Counted from the first letter of the stretch, positions 28,607 through 36,541 are shown. The stretch is DNA of 48,944 nucleotides from Planctomycetes bacterium GWC2_45_44 (GCA_001824555.1 MHXU01000100.1:1-48944), one strand, 5' to 3'. Notes: generated by a model from the sequence alone, not told the origin. Made by a program: numbers and translations.

Positions 28607-30130
28607 TTATGCCAGTTTGTAAGCGATTTGTTCTTCCAATATATCTTTCACCGTCAGCGCGATAATGCTCTTGCCGGTCTTTTTGAAAAACGCCTGTATC
28701 TCGCTCATCGCGTCAGATGAGAAATCAAACGAAACAAAAAATCCCTTCTGCCGGTCTTCGCGCATCATCACCGCCTCGAAAGAATCTATATCAGGCCTGC
28801 CTGCCCTGTCCTTCTGCTTGACCTGGATAGGATACCAAACATCCATAAATTCCAATTCGCCTTCCGTCTTCTTCGGCGTTGCCGACACAGGGTAAATCCT
28901 GCCGTCAATCCCCATATCGCCCACCTGCGCCTTATTCGGCCTGCCCCCAAGCGCGATAACCGCCCAGTTCTCAAATTCAAACGGCGGCAATTCCCGCAAT
29001 TTCTTTTCACTCCACGGCAAATCTCGAACCACAAACCCGCGACCAATCCGCCAGAGCTTGTCATCTTCTTTCACACCGCAAACATCGCGCATCCGTTTCG
29101 CCATCACACGGCACGCCGTCGGCGAAACATCAATCCCAATCCACTGCCGCCCCAAATTTTCAGCGGCAACCAACGCCGTCCCGCATCCGCAAAACGCATC
29201 TAATACAATATCATTCTTGTTGCTTGAAGAATTAATAATGCGTTCAAGTAGGGGAATTGGTTTTTGTGTTGGGTAGCCGAGTGATTCCATTGCTTGGCTA
29301 TTCACAGGGGGAATATCATCCCAAGAATCTTGAAGGGGAACGCCCTTCATTTCATCTAGATACTGAATTAGTCGTGGCATACCTGTCTTTGTAAATGTGA
29401 TTCTACCTTTTGCTATTAATTCGTCAACACCCTCTTGTGCCCAACTCCAATGGCGACCAACCGGTGGCTTGATAATTCCTTTATCACCAAATTTGCGGGC
29501 TGGACCTTCTCCAGGAGCACTACAAGAAACCAATTGATATGCACGACCATCCTTATCCACACTAGAGTAATGCGATTTGATATAACTTTCGGCATGTGGA
29601 ACGAACTGTTGATTCCATATATAAGGCTTGCCTGCAACATAATAGAAAATGACATCATGAACACAACCGTACTTTTTCGGATCATTGTGTGAAAAGTGAC
29701 GACGCCAAACAATTTCATTTTGAAACTGGTTTTCTCCAAAAATCTGGTCGAGCATAATTTTGACATAGTGCGATGCGTGCCAGTCGCAATGATAGTAGAA
29801 CGAACCGGTTTTCTTTAAAACGCGGTGGAGTTCTTCGCAGCGTGGCCGCATAAATTCGATATATGCTTTTGTCGATGCGTGCCGGTCATCGAATGAGCGT
29901 TTTTCCTTTGTCTCACCCCAGAATACTTCATAATTGCGGTTGGAATTAAATGGTGGGTCGATATAAATAAGGTCAACGCAGTTTTCGGGGAGTTTCTGTA
30001 ATTGTTCAAGATTATCGCCGCAGTATATTACCCGCGTATCCACCAATGCCGATGGCCTGCCTTGAGTCGTGCCGATGGGCTTACCTGCCAGTGCTGACTT
30101 TACTGAATCTGCCGCTGTTTTTTTAGCCAT
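28607..30130 (-). CDS. beta-class N6/N4 DNA methyltransferase fused to a C-terminal Mrr-like PD-(D/E)xK domain
   Basis: Motif IV DPPF (aa 58-61, nt 29948-29959) precedes motif I FCGCG (aa 313-317). C-terminal aa ~380-490 reads FEFENW...GDMGIDG...IQVKQK...GFFVS..FSSDA, the Mrr_cat pattern. Confidence 0.9.
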   Translation of the reverse strand: MAKKTAADSVKSALAGKPIGTTQGRPSALVDTRVIYCGDNLEQLQKLPENCVDLIYIDPPFNSNRNYEVFWGETKEKRSFDDRHASTKAYIEFMRPRCEELHRVLKKTGSFYYHCDWHASHYVKIMLDQIFGENQFQNEIVWRRHFSHNDPKKYGCVHDVIFYYVAGKPYIWNQQFVPHAESYIKSHYSSVDKDGRAYQLVSCSAPGEGPARKFGDKGIIKPPVGRHWSWAQEGVDELIAKGRITFTKTGMPRLIQYLDEMKGVPLQDSWDDIPPVNSQAMESLGYPTQKPIPLLERIINSSSNKNDIVLDAFCGCGTALVAAENLGRQWIGIDVSPTACRVMAKRMRDVCGVKEDDKLWRIGRGFVVRDLPWSEKKLRELPPFEFENWAVIALGGRPNKAQVGDMGIDGRIYPVSATPKKTEGELEFMDVWYPIQVKQKDRAGRPDIDSFEAVMMREDRQKGFFVSFDFSSDAMSEIQAFFKKTGKSIIALTVKDILEEQIAYKLA

Positions 30131-30230
30131 TTTTCCTCACATAAAATATATAAGATTTTACCCCAATAGTATCCATTAAAACTCCTTTTTTGTCAACAAG
30201 TTCAGTTATCAGCGAAATCAGCGTCAAAAA

Positions 30231-30257
30231 TAATAGCCAGTAGCCAATAATCAGTAG
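30231..30257 (-). repeat. 27-bp dispersed repeat, copy 2 (inverted)
   Basis: taatagccagtagccaataatcagtag is the reverse complement of 3911-3937 with one mismatch. Confidence 0.85.
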
Positions 30258-30460
30258 TCAAATTCTTCGTGTCCTTCGTGGTAAAAATCCGCGAAATGCT
30301 ACTCTGCGAAGTAGCGACTTCGCTACGAAGCACGAGTCAGCGTCTAAAAAAATATATCTCTTTTTTCTCTGTGTCTCTGTGGTGAAAAAAATATTCCAGA
30401 ATTATTTCATCCTGAAAAAAACTTGCAAAAACACCCTCAAAACCGCATCAAAACTCGCAA

Positions 30461-30496
30461 AAATCCGTGAAAATCCGCTCAATCCGCGGTTAAAAC
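30461..30496 (+). promoter_or_regulatory. 35-nt promoter-like motif, copy C (aaatccgtgaaaatccgctcaatccgcggttaaaac)
   Basis: Third copy, same orientation, 269 nt upstream of the alsD ATG. Confidence 0.3.
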
Positions 30497-30764
30497 CGTC
30501 AAAAAGTCGCAAAAACTTTTCATTTTTTGCAAAAAACTTGCGCCTCTTTAATATCCAGAATCGTTTTTTATGCCCCAAACCCCCGTTTTCCCTCAATTTC
30601 GTGGAAAAAAACTTCGAAAAAATGCGCAAGTTTTCCAAAAACGATTTTTTTAATCTTCAATTTCTTTAATTTTCCGCAACACTTTAGCCGACTGTCGAAT
30701 ACGACTTCATTATTGCTTTATACTCAAAATTCACATAAACTTACCGCTTCTTTTGGAGAAAATT

Positions 30765-31529
30765 ATGAGAAAATTATTCATAATTCTGGCGTTGGTGTTT
30801 TTTGCCGGGTGTCTGCCTGCGGGAAGAAATCAGATTACCCAGACATCGACCATTGATGCCCTGCTGGCCGGAGTTTATGACGGCGATATGACCTGCGGCC
30901 AATTGCTGAAATATGGCGACTTCGGTATCGGAACATTCGACCGGCTCGACGGCGAAATGCTCGTTTATCAGGGCAGGGTATATCAAATTAAATCCGATGG
31001 CAAAGTATATCTGCCCGCTGCGGCGACTAGAACGCCATTCGCGGCAGTTTGCGATTTTAAATCCGATATGGAATTTTCACTCAAATCCACGGACTATAAA
31101 GCCGTTCAGGCGAGCATTGACGAAAAAGTTCCAAATCAAAATCTATTTGCCGCGGTTGAAATTGTGGGAAAATTCAAACATATCAAAGTTCGCAGCGTAC
31201 CTGCCCAAAACAAACCTTATCCGCCATTGGCGCAGGCGGCGGAAAAGCAATCCATATTTGAAATGAACGATGTCTCCGGCGTAATCGTCGGATTTAGAAC
31301 GCCTCAATTTGTCAAAGGTGTGAATGTGCCGGGCTGTCATTTTCATTTTTTGAGCGACGACAGAACACAGGGCGGCCACATTCTTGATTTTGAACTTATA
31401 GAAGGCTCGTGCAAAGTTGATTTGTGCAATAAATTTCTGCTGCTCCTGCCGGAAAATGATTCGCTGAAAGATATTGACCTGTCACAGGATAAATCAGCCG
31501 AGCTGCATAAAGTTGAACAGGACAACTGA
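30765..31529 (+). CDS. alsD: alpha-acetolactate decarboxylase with a lipoprotein-type signal peptide
   Basis: STIDALLAGVYDG...YGDFGIGTFDRLDGEM and the Zn-His cluster HFHFLSDDRTQGGH. The ATG at 30765, preceded by ggaga, gives MRKLFIILALVFFAGC (lipobox). The track TTG start 30753 is less likely. Confidence 0.88.
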   Translation: MRKLFIILALVFFAGCLPAGRNQITQTSTIDALLAGVYDGDMTCGQLLKYGDFGIGTFDRLDGEMLVYQGRVYQIKSDGKVYLPAAATRTPFAAVCDFKSDMEFSLKSTDYKAVQASIDEKVPNQNLFAAVEIVGKFKHIKVRSVPAQNKPYPPLAQAAEKQSIFEMNDVSGVIVGFRTPQFVKGVNVPGCHFHFLSDDRTQGGHILDFELIEGSCKVDLCNKFLLLLPENDSLKDIDLSQDKSAELHKVEQDN

Positions 31530-31566
31530 CGAACTGTTCCCGCTGGGGTGTTTTTACAAGTTAAGA

Positions 31567-31610
31567 CTACGAAAACGTAGCATAAATCACACACAACTAC
31601 GTTTTTGTAG
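31567..31610. promoter_or_regulatory. pair of TAC-N6-GTA palindromes (candidate enhancer sites)
   Basis: ctacgaaaacgtag (31567-31580) and ctacgtttttgtag (31597-31610), centres 30 bp apart, 90-135 bp upstream of the sigma54 element at 31702. Confidence 0.45.
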
Positions 31611-31701
31611 CAAAACCCCATACTACTACCTGCTTGCATTACTTAATATAACTATTTACAATTACAGGACTTGAGTTTTAATTTTCTCTTTAAAAATTTA
31701 C

Positions 31702-31717
31702 TGGCACAATTGTTGCT
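31702..31717 (+). promoter_or_regulatory. sigma54 -24/-12 promoter (porin-amt-glnK)
   Basis: TGGCAC-aattg-TTGCT, an exact TGGCAC-N5-TTGC match, 57 nt before the ATG at 31774. Confidence 0.75.
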
Positions 31718-31773
31718 TAATAACGAGCATCGTTTTTTTAGTATTTTACTGTTTTTTTACCGGAGTCAACGGA

Positions 31774-32577
31774 ATGAAAAAATTTATAGCTATGACAGCG
31801 GCGTGTTATCTAATGGCCGGATGTGTACCTGTATTTGCCGGAGATGATTTTGCATTCAATCTCACCTCGGACTTTTACAGCAAGTATGTCTGGCGAGGGC
31901 AATTACTGAATGACGACCCTGTTTTTCAGCCCGGTATTTCGGTCGGCTATAAGGGGTTCACGTTCGGGGTATGGGGCAACGCAGACCTGACCAATTATAC
32001 CGGCAACAGCGGCGAGTTCACCGAATTTGATTATACATTGAGCTACAGCGGGAAATTTAATCCCGATGGAAAGCTCGGCTATACGCTCGGCGTTGTACAT
32101 TATCAGTTTCCAAGTTCATTCTTAGACACCACGGAAATATTCTGGGGACTGACTTATGATACTTTCTTAAGCCCATCTATTACATTGTATCACGATATAG
32201 ACGAGGCCGGCGGAGCGACTTATGCGAGCTTCGGAATATCGCACACGATAGAAAATATTATTAAGGTGAGCGAAAAAACTTCCGCCAATCTGGTACTTGG
32301 CGCAACTTTAGGCTGGGGCAGCAGCGAATACAACGAGTGGTACTGGGCAAACGCCAATGATTCCGATAAATCTGTAACAAGGTCGGCATTCAACGATTTG
32401 GCTCTCAAAGCTTCACTGCCATTCGCTTTGGCCAACGGCTGGTCGATTACGCCGAGCATCAGCTATGTGATATTAGTCGACGGCAGAATCCGCGACGCTG
32501 ACACTTATGCCAAAAGCGGCAAAACAAACGGAAGTAATTACTTCGTCGCGGGCGTGAGCATAGGAAAAAGTTTCTAA
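31774..32577 (+). CDS. outer-membrane beta-barrel protein, TorF-family putative porin
   Basis: Signal peptide. YSKYVWRGQLLNDDPVFQPGISVGYKGFTFGVWGN resembles the TorF/Gcw_chp N-terminal signature. Alternating beta-strand pattern with a terminal F. Confidence 0.6.
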   Translation: MKKFIAMTAACYLMAGCVPVFAGDDFAFNLTSDFYSKYVWRGQLLNDDPVFQPGISVGYKGFTFGVWGNADLTNYTGNSGEFTEFDYTLSYSGKFNPDGKLGYTLGVVHYQFPSSFLDTTEIFWGLTYDTFLSPSITLYHDIDEAGGATYASFGISHTIENIIKVSEKTSANLVLGATLGWGSSEYNEWYWANANDSDKSVTRSAFNDLALKASLPFALANGWSITPSISYVILVDGRIRDADTYAKSGKTNGSNYFVAGVSIGKSF

Positions 32578-32624
32578 AAAACACAATAACTAATTTTGAT
32601 TCTAAAGTTTAGGAAAGGAAAAAA

Positions 32625-33920
32625 ATGGATAACAAAGTAATCGTCGATACGATGTGGGTTTTGCTAACCGCTTTTCTGGTGTTCTTTATGAACCTCGGTT
32701 TCGCGGCGGTCGAATCCGGTTTTTCGCGTGCCAAGAACTGCGTGAACATTATGTCCAAAAATTTTGTAGTATTCGCTGTTTCGTCAATTGGATTTCTGCT
32801 GGTTGGGTGGGGTCTTATGTTCGGCGATGGCAACGGGTTTGTCGGCCTGAAGGGGTTATTCTTCCTCGGCGGAGCGGATAACTCCCCTGCTGTCGGAGAA
32901 GCTTATAAAGGCGTTTATTCGGCACTTTCGTGGACGGGCGTGCCGCTGACGGCAAAATTCTTTTTTCAATTAGTATTCTGCGGAACGGCAGCGACAATCG
33001 TATCGGGAGCTGTCGCTGAACGAATAAAATATATTTCATTCATTGTATTTTCTTTTGCTATGGCAATGTTCATTTATCCAATCGTCGGGCATTGGGTATG
33101 GGGCGGCGGCTGGCTGGCAAAGATGGGAATGTTCGATTTCGCAGGCTCGACCGTCGTGCATAGCATCGGCGGATGGGCGGCATTGGCAGGCATTATAGTA
33201 CTCGGCCCGCGAATCGGAAAATTCGACCACGGCCACATCAAAGCTATCCCCGGCCACAACCTGTCGCTGGCGACTATCGGAACTTTCGTACTGTGGTTCG
33301 GGTGGTTCGGATTCAACCCCGGCTCGACTATGGCGGCTGACCCTGTCGCAATCAGCCATGTCGCTGTTACGACAAACACCGCGGCGGCGGCGGCGATTAT
33401 GAGCGCAACACTGCTATCCTGGCTGCTGATTGGAAAACCCGATTTGGGAATGACGCTGAACGGATGTTTGGCAGGATTGGTGGCTATTACCGCTCCCTGC
33501 GCATTCGTGAGCATCGGCAGTTCTCTGCTGATAGGAGCGATAGCGGGCATACTCGTTGTGCTTGCGGTAATGATGTTTGACAGGCTGAAATTAGATGACC
33601 CGGTCGGCGCTTTGTCCGTTCACTTAGTCAATGGCGTATTCGGAACTATATGCGTGGGCCTGTTTGCCCAGGATAAAATCACCGGCACGGCAACCGGCAA
33701 CGGATTGTTCTTCGGCGGCGGAATTACACTGCTAAAGGCTCAATTAACCGCTGTGGTTTCGGTTGGACTGTTCGTATTCGTCGTATCGATAATAATCTGG
33801 TCTATAATAAAGGCTGTAATCGGCGTGCGCGTTTCGCGAGAAGAAGAACTGCGAGGCCTTGACATCGGCGAACACGGCAACGAGGCGTACGCAGGCTTCC
33901 AGGTCTTTACAACGGAATAA
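32625..33920 (+). CDS. amt: ammonium transporter (no signal peptide)
   Basis: DFAGSTVVHSIGGWAALAG, FGWFGFNPGS, LSVHLVNGVFG (twin-His context). Confidence 0.95.
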   Translation: MDNKVIVDTMWVLLTAFLVFFMNLGFAAVESGFSRAKNCVNIMSKNFVVFAVSSIGFLLVGWGLMFGDGNGFVGLKGLFFLGGADNSPAVGEAYKGVYSALSWTGVPLTAKFFFQLVFCGTAATIVSGAVAERIKYISFIVFSFAMAMFIYPIVGHWVWGGGWLAKMGMFDFAGSTVVHSIGGWAALAGIIVLGPRIGKFDHGHIKAIPGHNLSLATIGTFVLWFGWFGFNPGSTMAADPVAISHVAVTTNTAAAAAIMSATLLSWLLIGKPDLGMTLNGCLAGLVAITAPCAFVSIGSSLLIGAIAGILVVLAVMMFDRLKLDDPVGALSVHLVNGVFGTICVGLFAQDKITGTATGNGLFFGGGITLLKAQLTAVVSVGLFVFVVSIIIWSIIKAVIGVRVSREEELRGLDIGEHGNEAYAGFQVFTTE

Positions 33921-33963
33921 CACCGTAGGCAATAAAACGAAACTAAAATTAGGAGTATAAAAT

Positions 33964-34305
33964 ATGAAACTGATAATAGCTTACATTCAACCGCACAAAT
34001 TAAACGATGTGAAAAAGAGCCTGTACAAGGCCGAGGTTTATAAAATGTCCGTAACTAACTCGTTAGGCTGCGGACAGCAAAAGGGCTACCACGAATCGTA
34101 TCGAGGCGTGAGTATCGAAGTGAATCTGCTGAAAAAAGTCAGACTTGAAATAGCCGTCAATGAAGATTTTGTGGAAAAAACCATTAATGCTGTCATTGAA
34201 GGCGCAAGGACGGGGCAAATCGGCGACGGCAAAATCTTTGTTCTCGACCTGCCGGAGTGCATAAGAATTCGCACAGGCGAACGAGGCGGCGAAGCGATAG
34301 GATAA
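33964..34305 (+). CDS. glnK: P-II nitrogen regulatory protein
   Basis: 113 aa. T-loop [15 protein letters not shown]-loop [11 protein letters not shown], directly after amt. Confidence 0.9.
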   Translation: MKLIIAYIQPHKLNDVKKSLYKAEVYKMSVTNSLGCGQQKGYHESYRGVSIEVNLLKKVRLEIAVNEDFVEKTINAVIEGARTGQIGDGKIFVLDLPECIRIRTGERGGEAIG

Positions 34306-34364
34306 AACCGACAGAATGACAATCGTTCGTACAAGACACCACTTCCAGTAAGTGCCTTGGCAAT

Positions 34365-34390
34365 AGGGAGTTCACAAAAGTGAGCTCCCT
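34365..34390 (+). terminator. possible weak terminator/stem-loop after glnK-1
   Basis: agggagttcac-aaaa-gtgagctccct (10 of 11 bp pair) followed by tattgtgt. The T-tract is poor. Confidence 0.3.
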
Positions 34391-34426
34391 TATTGTGTAC
34401 AATAATGTAGATTTTAAACTGTTTAA

Positions 34427-34449
34427 CCACAAAAACGTATTTTTTGTGG
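34427..34449. promoter_or_regulatory. palindrome ccacaaaaa-cgtat-tttttgtgg (candidate enhancer site)
   Basis: 9-bp arms containing cacaaaaacgta. Lies 71-93 bp upstream of the sigma54 element at 34520. Confidence 0.4.
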
Positions 34450-34519
34450 CTTCCGGCAAACATCTCCCCCCTGTCTGTAACAACCTGCAAATCAATGAGT
34501 TATACACAGTTAAAGACTT

Positions 34520-34535
34520 TGGCATAGTTATTGCG
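34520..34535 (+). promoter_or_regulatory. sigma54 -24/-12 promoter (amt-2/glnK-2)
   Basis: TGGCAT-agtta-TTGCG, 83 nt before the ATG at 34618. Confidence 0.7.
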
Positions 34536-34617
34536 AAACATACCTGCACGAACGTAATGCAAAACTTTTATTTTTGCGTTTTCATTTTTAATCTGTTTTT
34601 TACGGAAGTGGTGTCAA

Positions 34618-35937
34618 ATGAAAGTTTCACGTTTAGTTGCTTTATGCTGCGTACTGGTTTTGTCATCGGCTGGTCTTTGTTTTGCTGCGCAGTCTCCACC
34701 TGCACCAAAAATCGACAGCGGCGATACCGCCTGGGTCTTAATGTCCGCAGCGCTTGTTATGCTGATGACTCCGGGGCTGGCATTTTTCTACGGCGGACTT
34801 GTAAGGCGCAAAAACTACTTGAGTGTTTTAATGCAGTGTTTTATCGTTCTTGCGGCATTAAGTATTCAATGGGTATTGTTAGGATACAGCCTGTCGTTTG
34901 CACCGGGGACGAGCTGGATTGGCGGCCTTCAATGGATAGGCCTTAAAGGCGTCGGCTTTGAACCATACCCATCCTATAGCGCGACAATTCCGCATCAGGC
35001 CTTTATGATTTTTCAGGCAATGTTCGCAGTCATCACGCCTGCGCTTATCATCGGCGCATTTGCGGAGCGAATGAAATTCTCGGCATTTCTGATTTTTACA
35101 ATTTTATGGGCGACCTTCGTGTATGACCCTGTCGCGCACTGGATATGGGGCGTTGGCGGCTGGCTGCGAGAAATGGGAGCTATGGACTTTGCCGGCGGAG
35201 CCGTTGTTCATATTAACGCAGGTATCGCTGCATTAGTCGCCGCTGTTATGATAGGCAAACGCAAATGTTTCGACAAACACTCCGTTCCGCCGCACTCGCT
35301 GCCTTTCAGCGTACTCGGCGCCGGATTGCTTTGGTTCGGCTGGTTTGGTTTTAACGCAGGCAGCGCGCTCGGCGCAAACGCTCTGGCCGTCAACGCTTTT
35401 GTGGTTACGCATACCGCGGGCGCAGCAGCAGCCTTAACCTGGGCAATAATAGACTGGAAATTCAACGGCGCTCCGACAATGCTCGGCACAATTTCAGGGG
35501 CAATCGCAGGGCTGGCAACAATAACGCCGGCGGCGGGATATGTTGGCATCATCAGCGCAATCTTCATTGGCGTGGTTGCGAGCATCCTCTGTTTCGCGGC
35601 CGTGAGCTTTTTAAAACATAAATTTCGCTATGATGATTCGCTCGATGCCTTCGGCATACACGGCATAGGCGGTATCTGGGGAACTTTGGCAACAGGCCTA
35701 TTCGCGTCAAAAGCAATAAATCCTGCCGGTGCGAATGGTTTGTTGTTTGGAAACCCAAAACAGTTCCTGATACAATTGATAACAGTAGCTGTTACGGCAG
35801 GGTATGCGCTAATCGCAACATATATACTTTACAAAATTGTTGACTGGGCAGTAGGTATTCGCGTCAATGAAGATGATGAGGCAATAGGGCTTGACCTCAC
35901 ACAACACAACGAACACGCCTATACTATATTAGACTAA
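34618..35937 (+). CDS. amt: ammonium transporter with cleavable signal peptide (AmtB-like)
   Basis: Signal peptide MKVSRLVALCCVLVLSSAGLCFA, then DSGDTAWVLMSAALVMLMTPGLAFFYGG and DFAGGAVVHINAGIAALV. Confidence 0.95.
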   Translation: MKVSRLVALCCVLVLSSAGLCFAAQSPPAPKIDSGDTAWVLMSAALVMLMTPGLAFFYGGLVRRKNYLSVLMQCFIVLAALSIQWVLLGYSLSFAPGTSWIGGLQWIGLKGVGFEPYPSYSATIPHQAFMIFQAMFAVITPALIIGAFAERMKFSAFLIFTILWATFVYDPVAHWIWGVGGWLREMGAMDFAGGAVVHINAGIAALVAAVMIGKRKCFDKHSVPPHSLPFSVLGAGLLWFGWFGFNAGSALGANALAVNAFVVTHTAGAAAALTWAIIDWKFNGAPTMLGTISGAIAGLATITPAAGYVGIISAIFIGVVASILCFAAVSFLKHKFRYDDSLDAFGIHGIGGIWGTLATGLFASKAINPAGANGLLFGNPKQFLIQLITVAVTAGYALIATYILYKIVDWAVGIRVNEDDEAIGLDLTQHNEHAYTILD

Positions 35938-35950
35938 AAGGAAACCTGAT

Positions 35951-36292
35951 ATGAAACTTGTAACGGCAATAATCAAACCGCACCACTTAGAACAGGTCAA
36001 GGAAGAGTTGTACAAGGCGGAAGTAAATCTTATCACTGTCAGCGAAGTTCTCGGCCACGGCAGACAAAAAGGCGTTACCGAAGTCTATCGAGGCTTTAAG
36101 GAGACGGGCAATCTTTTGCGAAAAATCCGAATAGAAATCGCCGTCAACGACAATTTTGTCGAACCTACGATAAAAGCCATAATCAAGGGGGCAAAAACAG
36201 GCAAAACCGGAGACGGAAAGATATTCGTTGTTGACTTGGCCGAGTGCGTCAGAATAAGAACCGAAGAACGCGGCGGCGAGGCGATAGGGTAA
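35951..36292 (+). CDS. glnK: P-II nitrogen regulatory protein, second copy
   Basis: 113 aa. T-loop GHGRQKGVTEVYRG, TGKTGDGKIFV. Confidence 0.9.
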   Translation: MKLVTAIIKPHHLEQVKEELYKAEVNLITVSEVLGHGRQKGVTEVYRGFKETGNLLRKIRIEIAVNDNFVEPTIKAIIKGAKTGKTGDGKIFVVDLAECVRIRTEERGGEAIG

Positions 36293-36311
36293 GTCGCAGG
36301 ACGCAGGACAA

Positions 36312-36367
36312 TTTTGTAATAACTACAAAAATGTATATTTATTTACAAAAACATACAAAATTGTAGC
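36312..36367. promoter_or_regulatory. cluster of TACA/TGTA palindromes (candidate enhancer sites)
   Basis: ttttgta-ataac-tacaaaa (36312-36330), ctacaaaaatgta (36323-36335), ttacaaaaacata (36343-36355) and tacaaaattgta (36354-36365). All lie 85-140 bp upstream of the sigma54 element at 36453. Confidence 0.4.
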
Positions 36368-36452
36368 AGAATGATTTTTGTCTTGATTTTGTATTTTTTT
36401 GTAATACCTTTTAGTTCAATGTGATATAAAAAAAACGCACCAGAAAATCGAC

Positions 36453-36468
36453 TGGCATAATTATTGCT
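36453..36468 (+). promoter_or_regulatory. sigma54 -24/-12 promoter (glnN)
   Basis: TGGCAT-aatta-TTGCT, 74 nt before the ATG at 36542. Confidence 0.72.
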
Positions 36469-36541
36469 AATCTTTTATACAGGCTTACGCGGCCGCAGCG
36501 ACAGGCCTGGCCAAAATAGGGTAATTAACGGAGTATAAAAA

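Larger units (their letters stand above)
30131..30752. repeat. 620-bp gene-free mosaic of dispersed repeats and A-rich words
   Basis: Contains the 27-bp repeat, cttcgtg words, a tctctgtg array (30363-30382), aaaaccgcatcaaaa, the 35-nt motif, and aaaacttgcgc (30533-30543) with its complement gcgcaagtttt (30623-30633). Confidence 0.75.

Noticed and set aside
30379-30856. Three overlapping ORFs (96, 78 and 109 aa) on both strands upstream of alsD.
   Set aside because: The translations are low-complexity and Lys/Phe-rich, derived from A-rich word repeats. The ORFs mutually overlap on opposite strands. The last merely runs into the alsD region in another frame.
34590-34617. Possible glutamine riboswitch (glnA RNA motif), because of acggaagt upstream of amt-2.
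   Set aside because: Only this short word resembles the motif. I could not find the accompanying conserved cgttca/E-loop segments or pairing partners. An Rfam cmscan would settle it.
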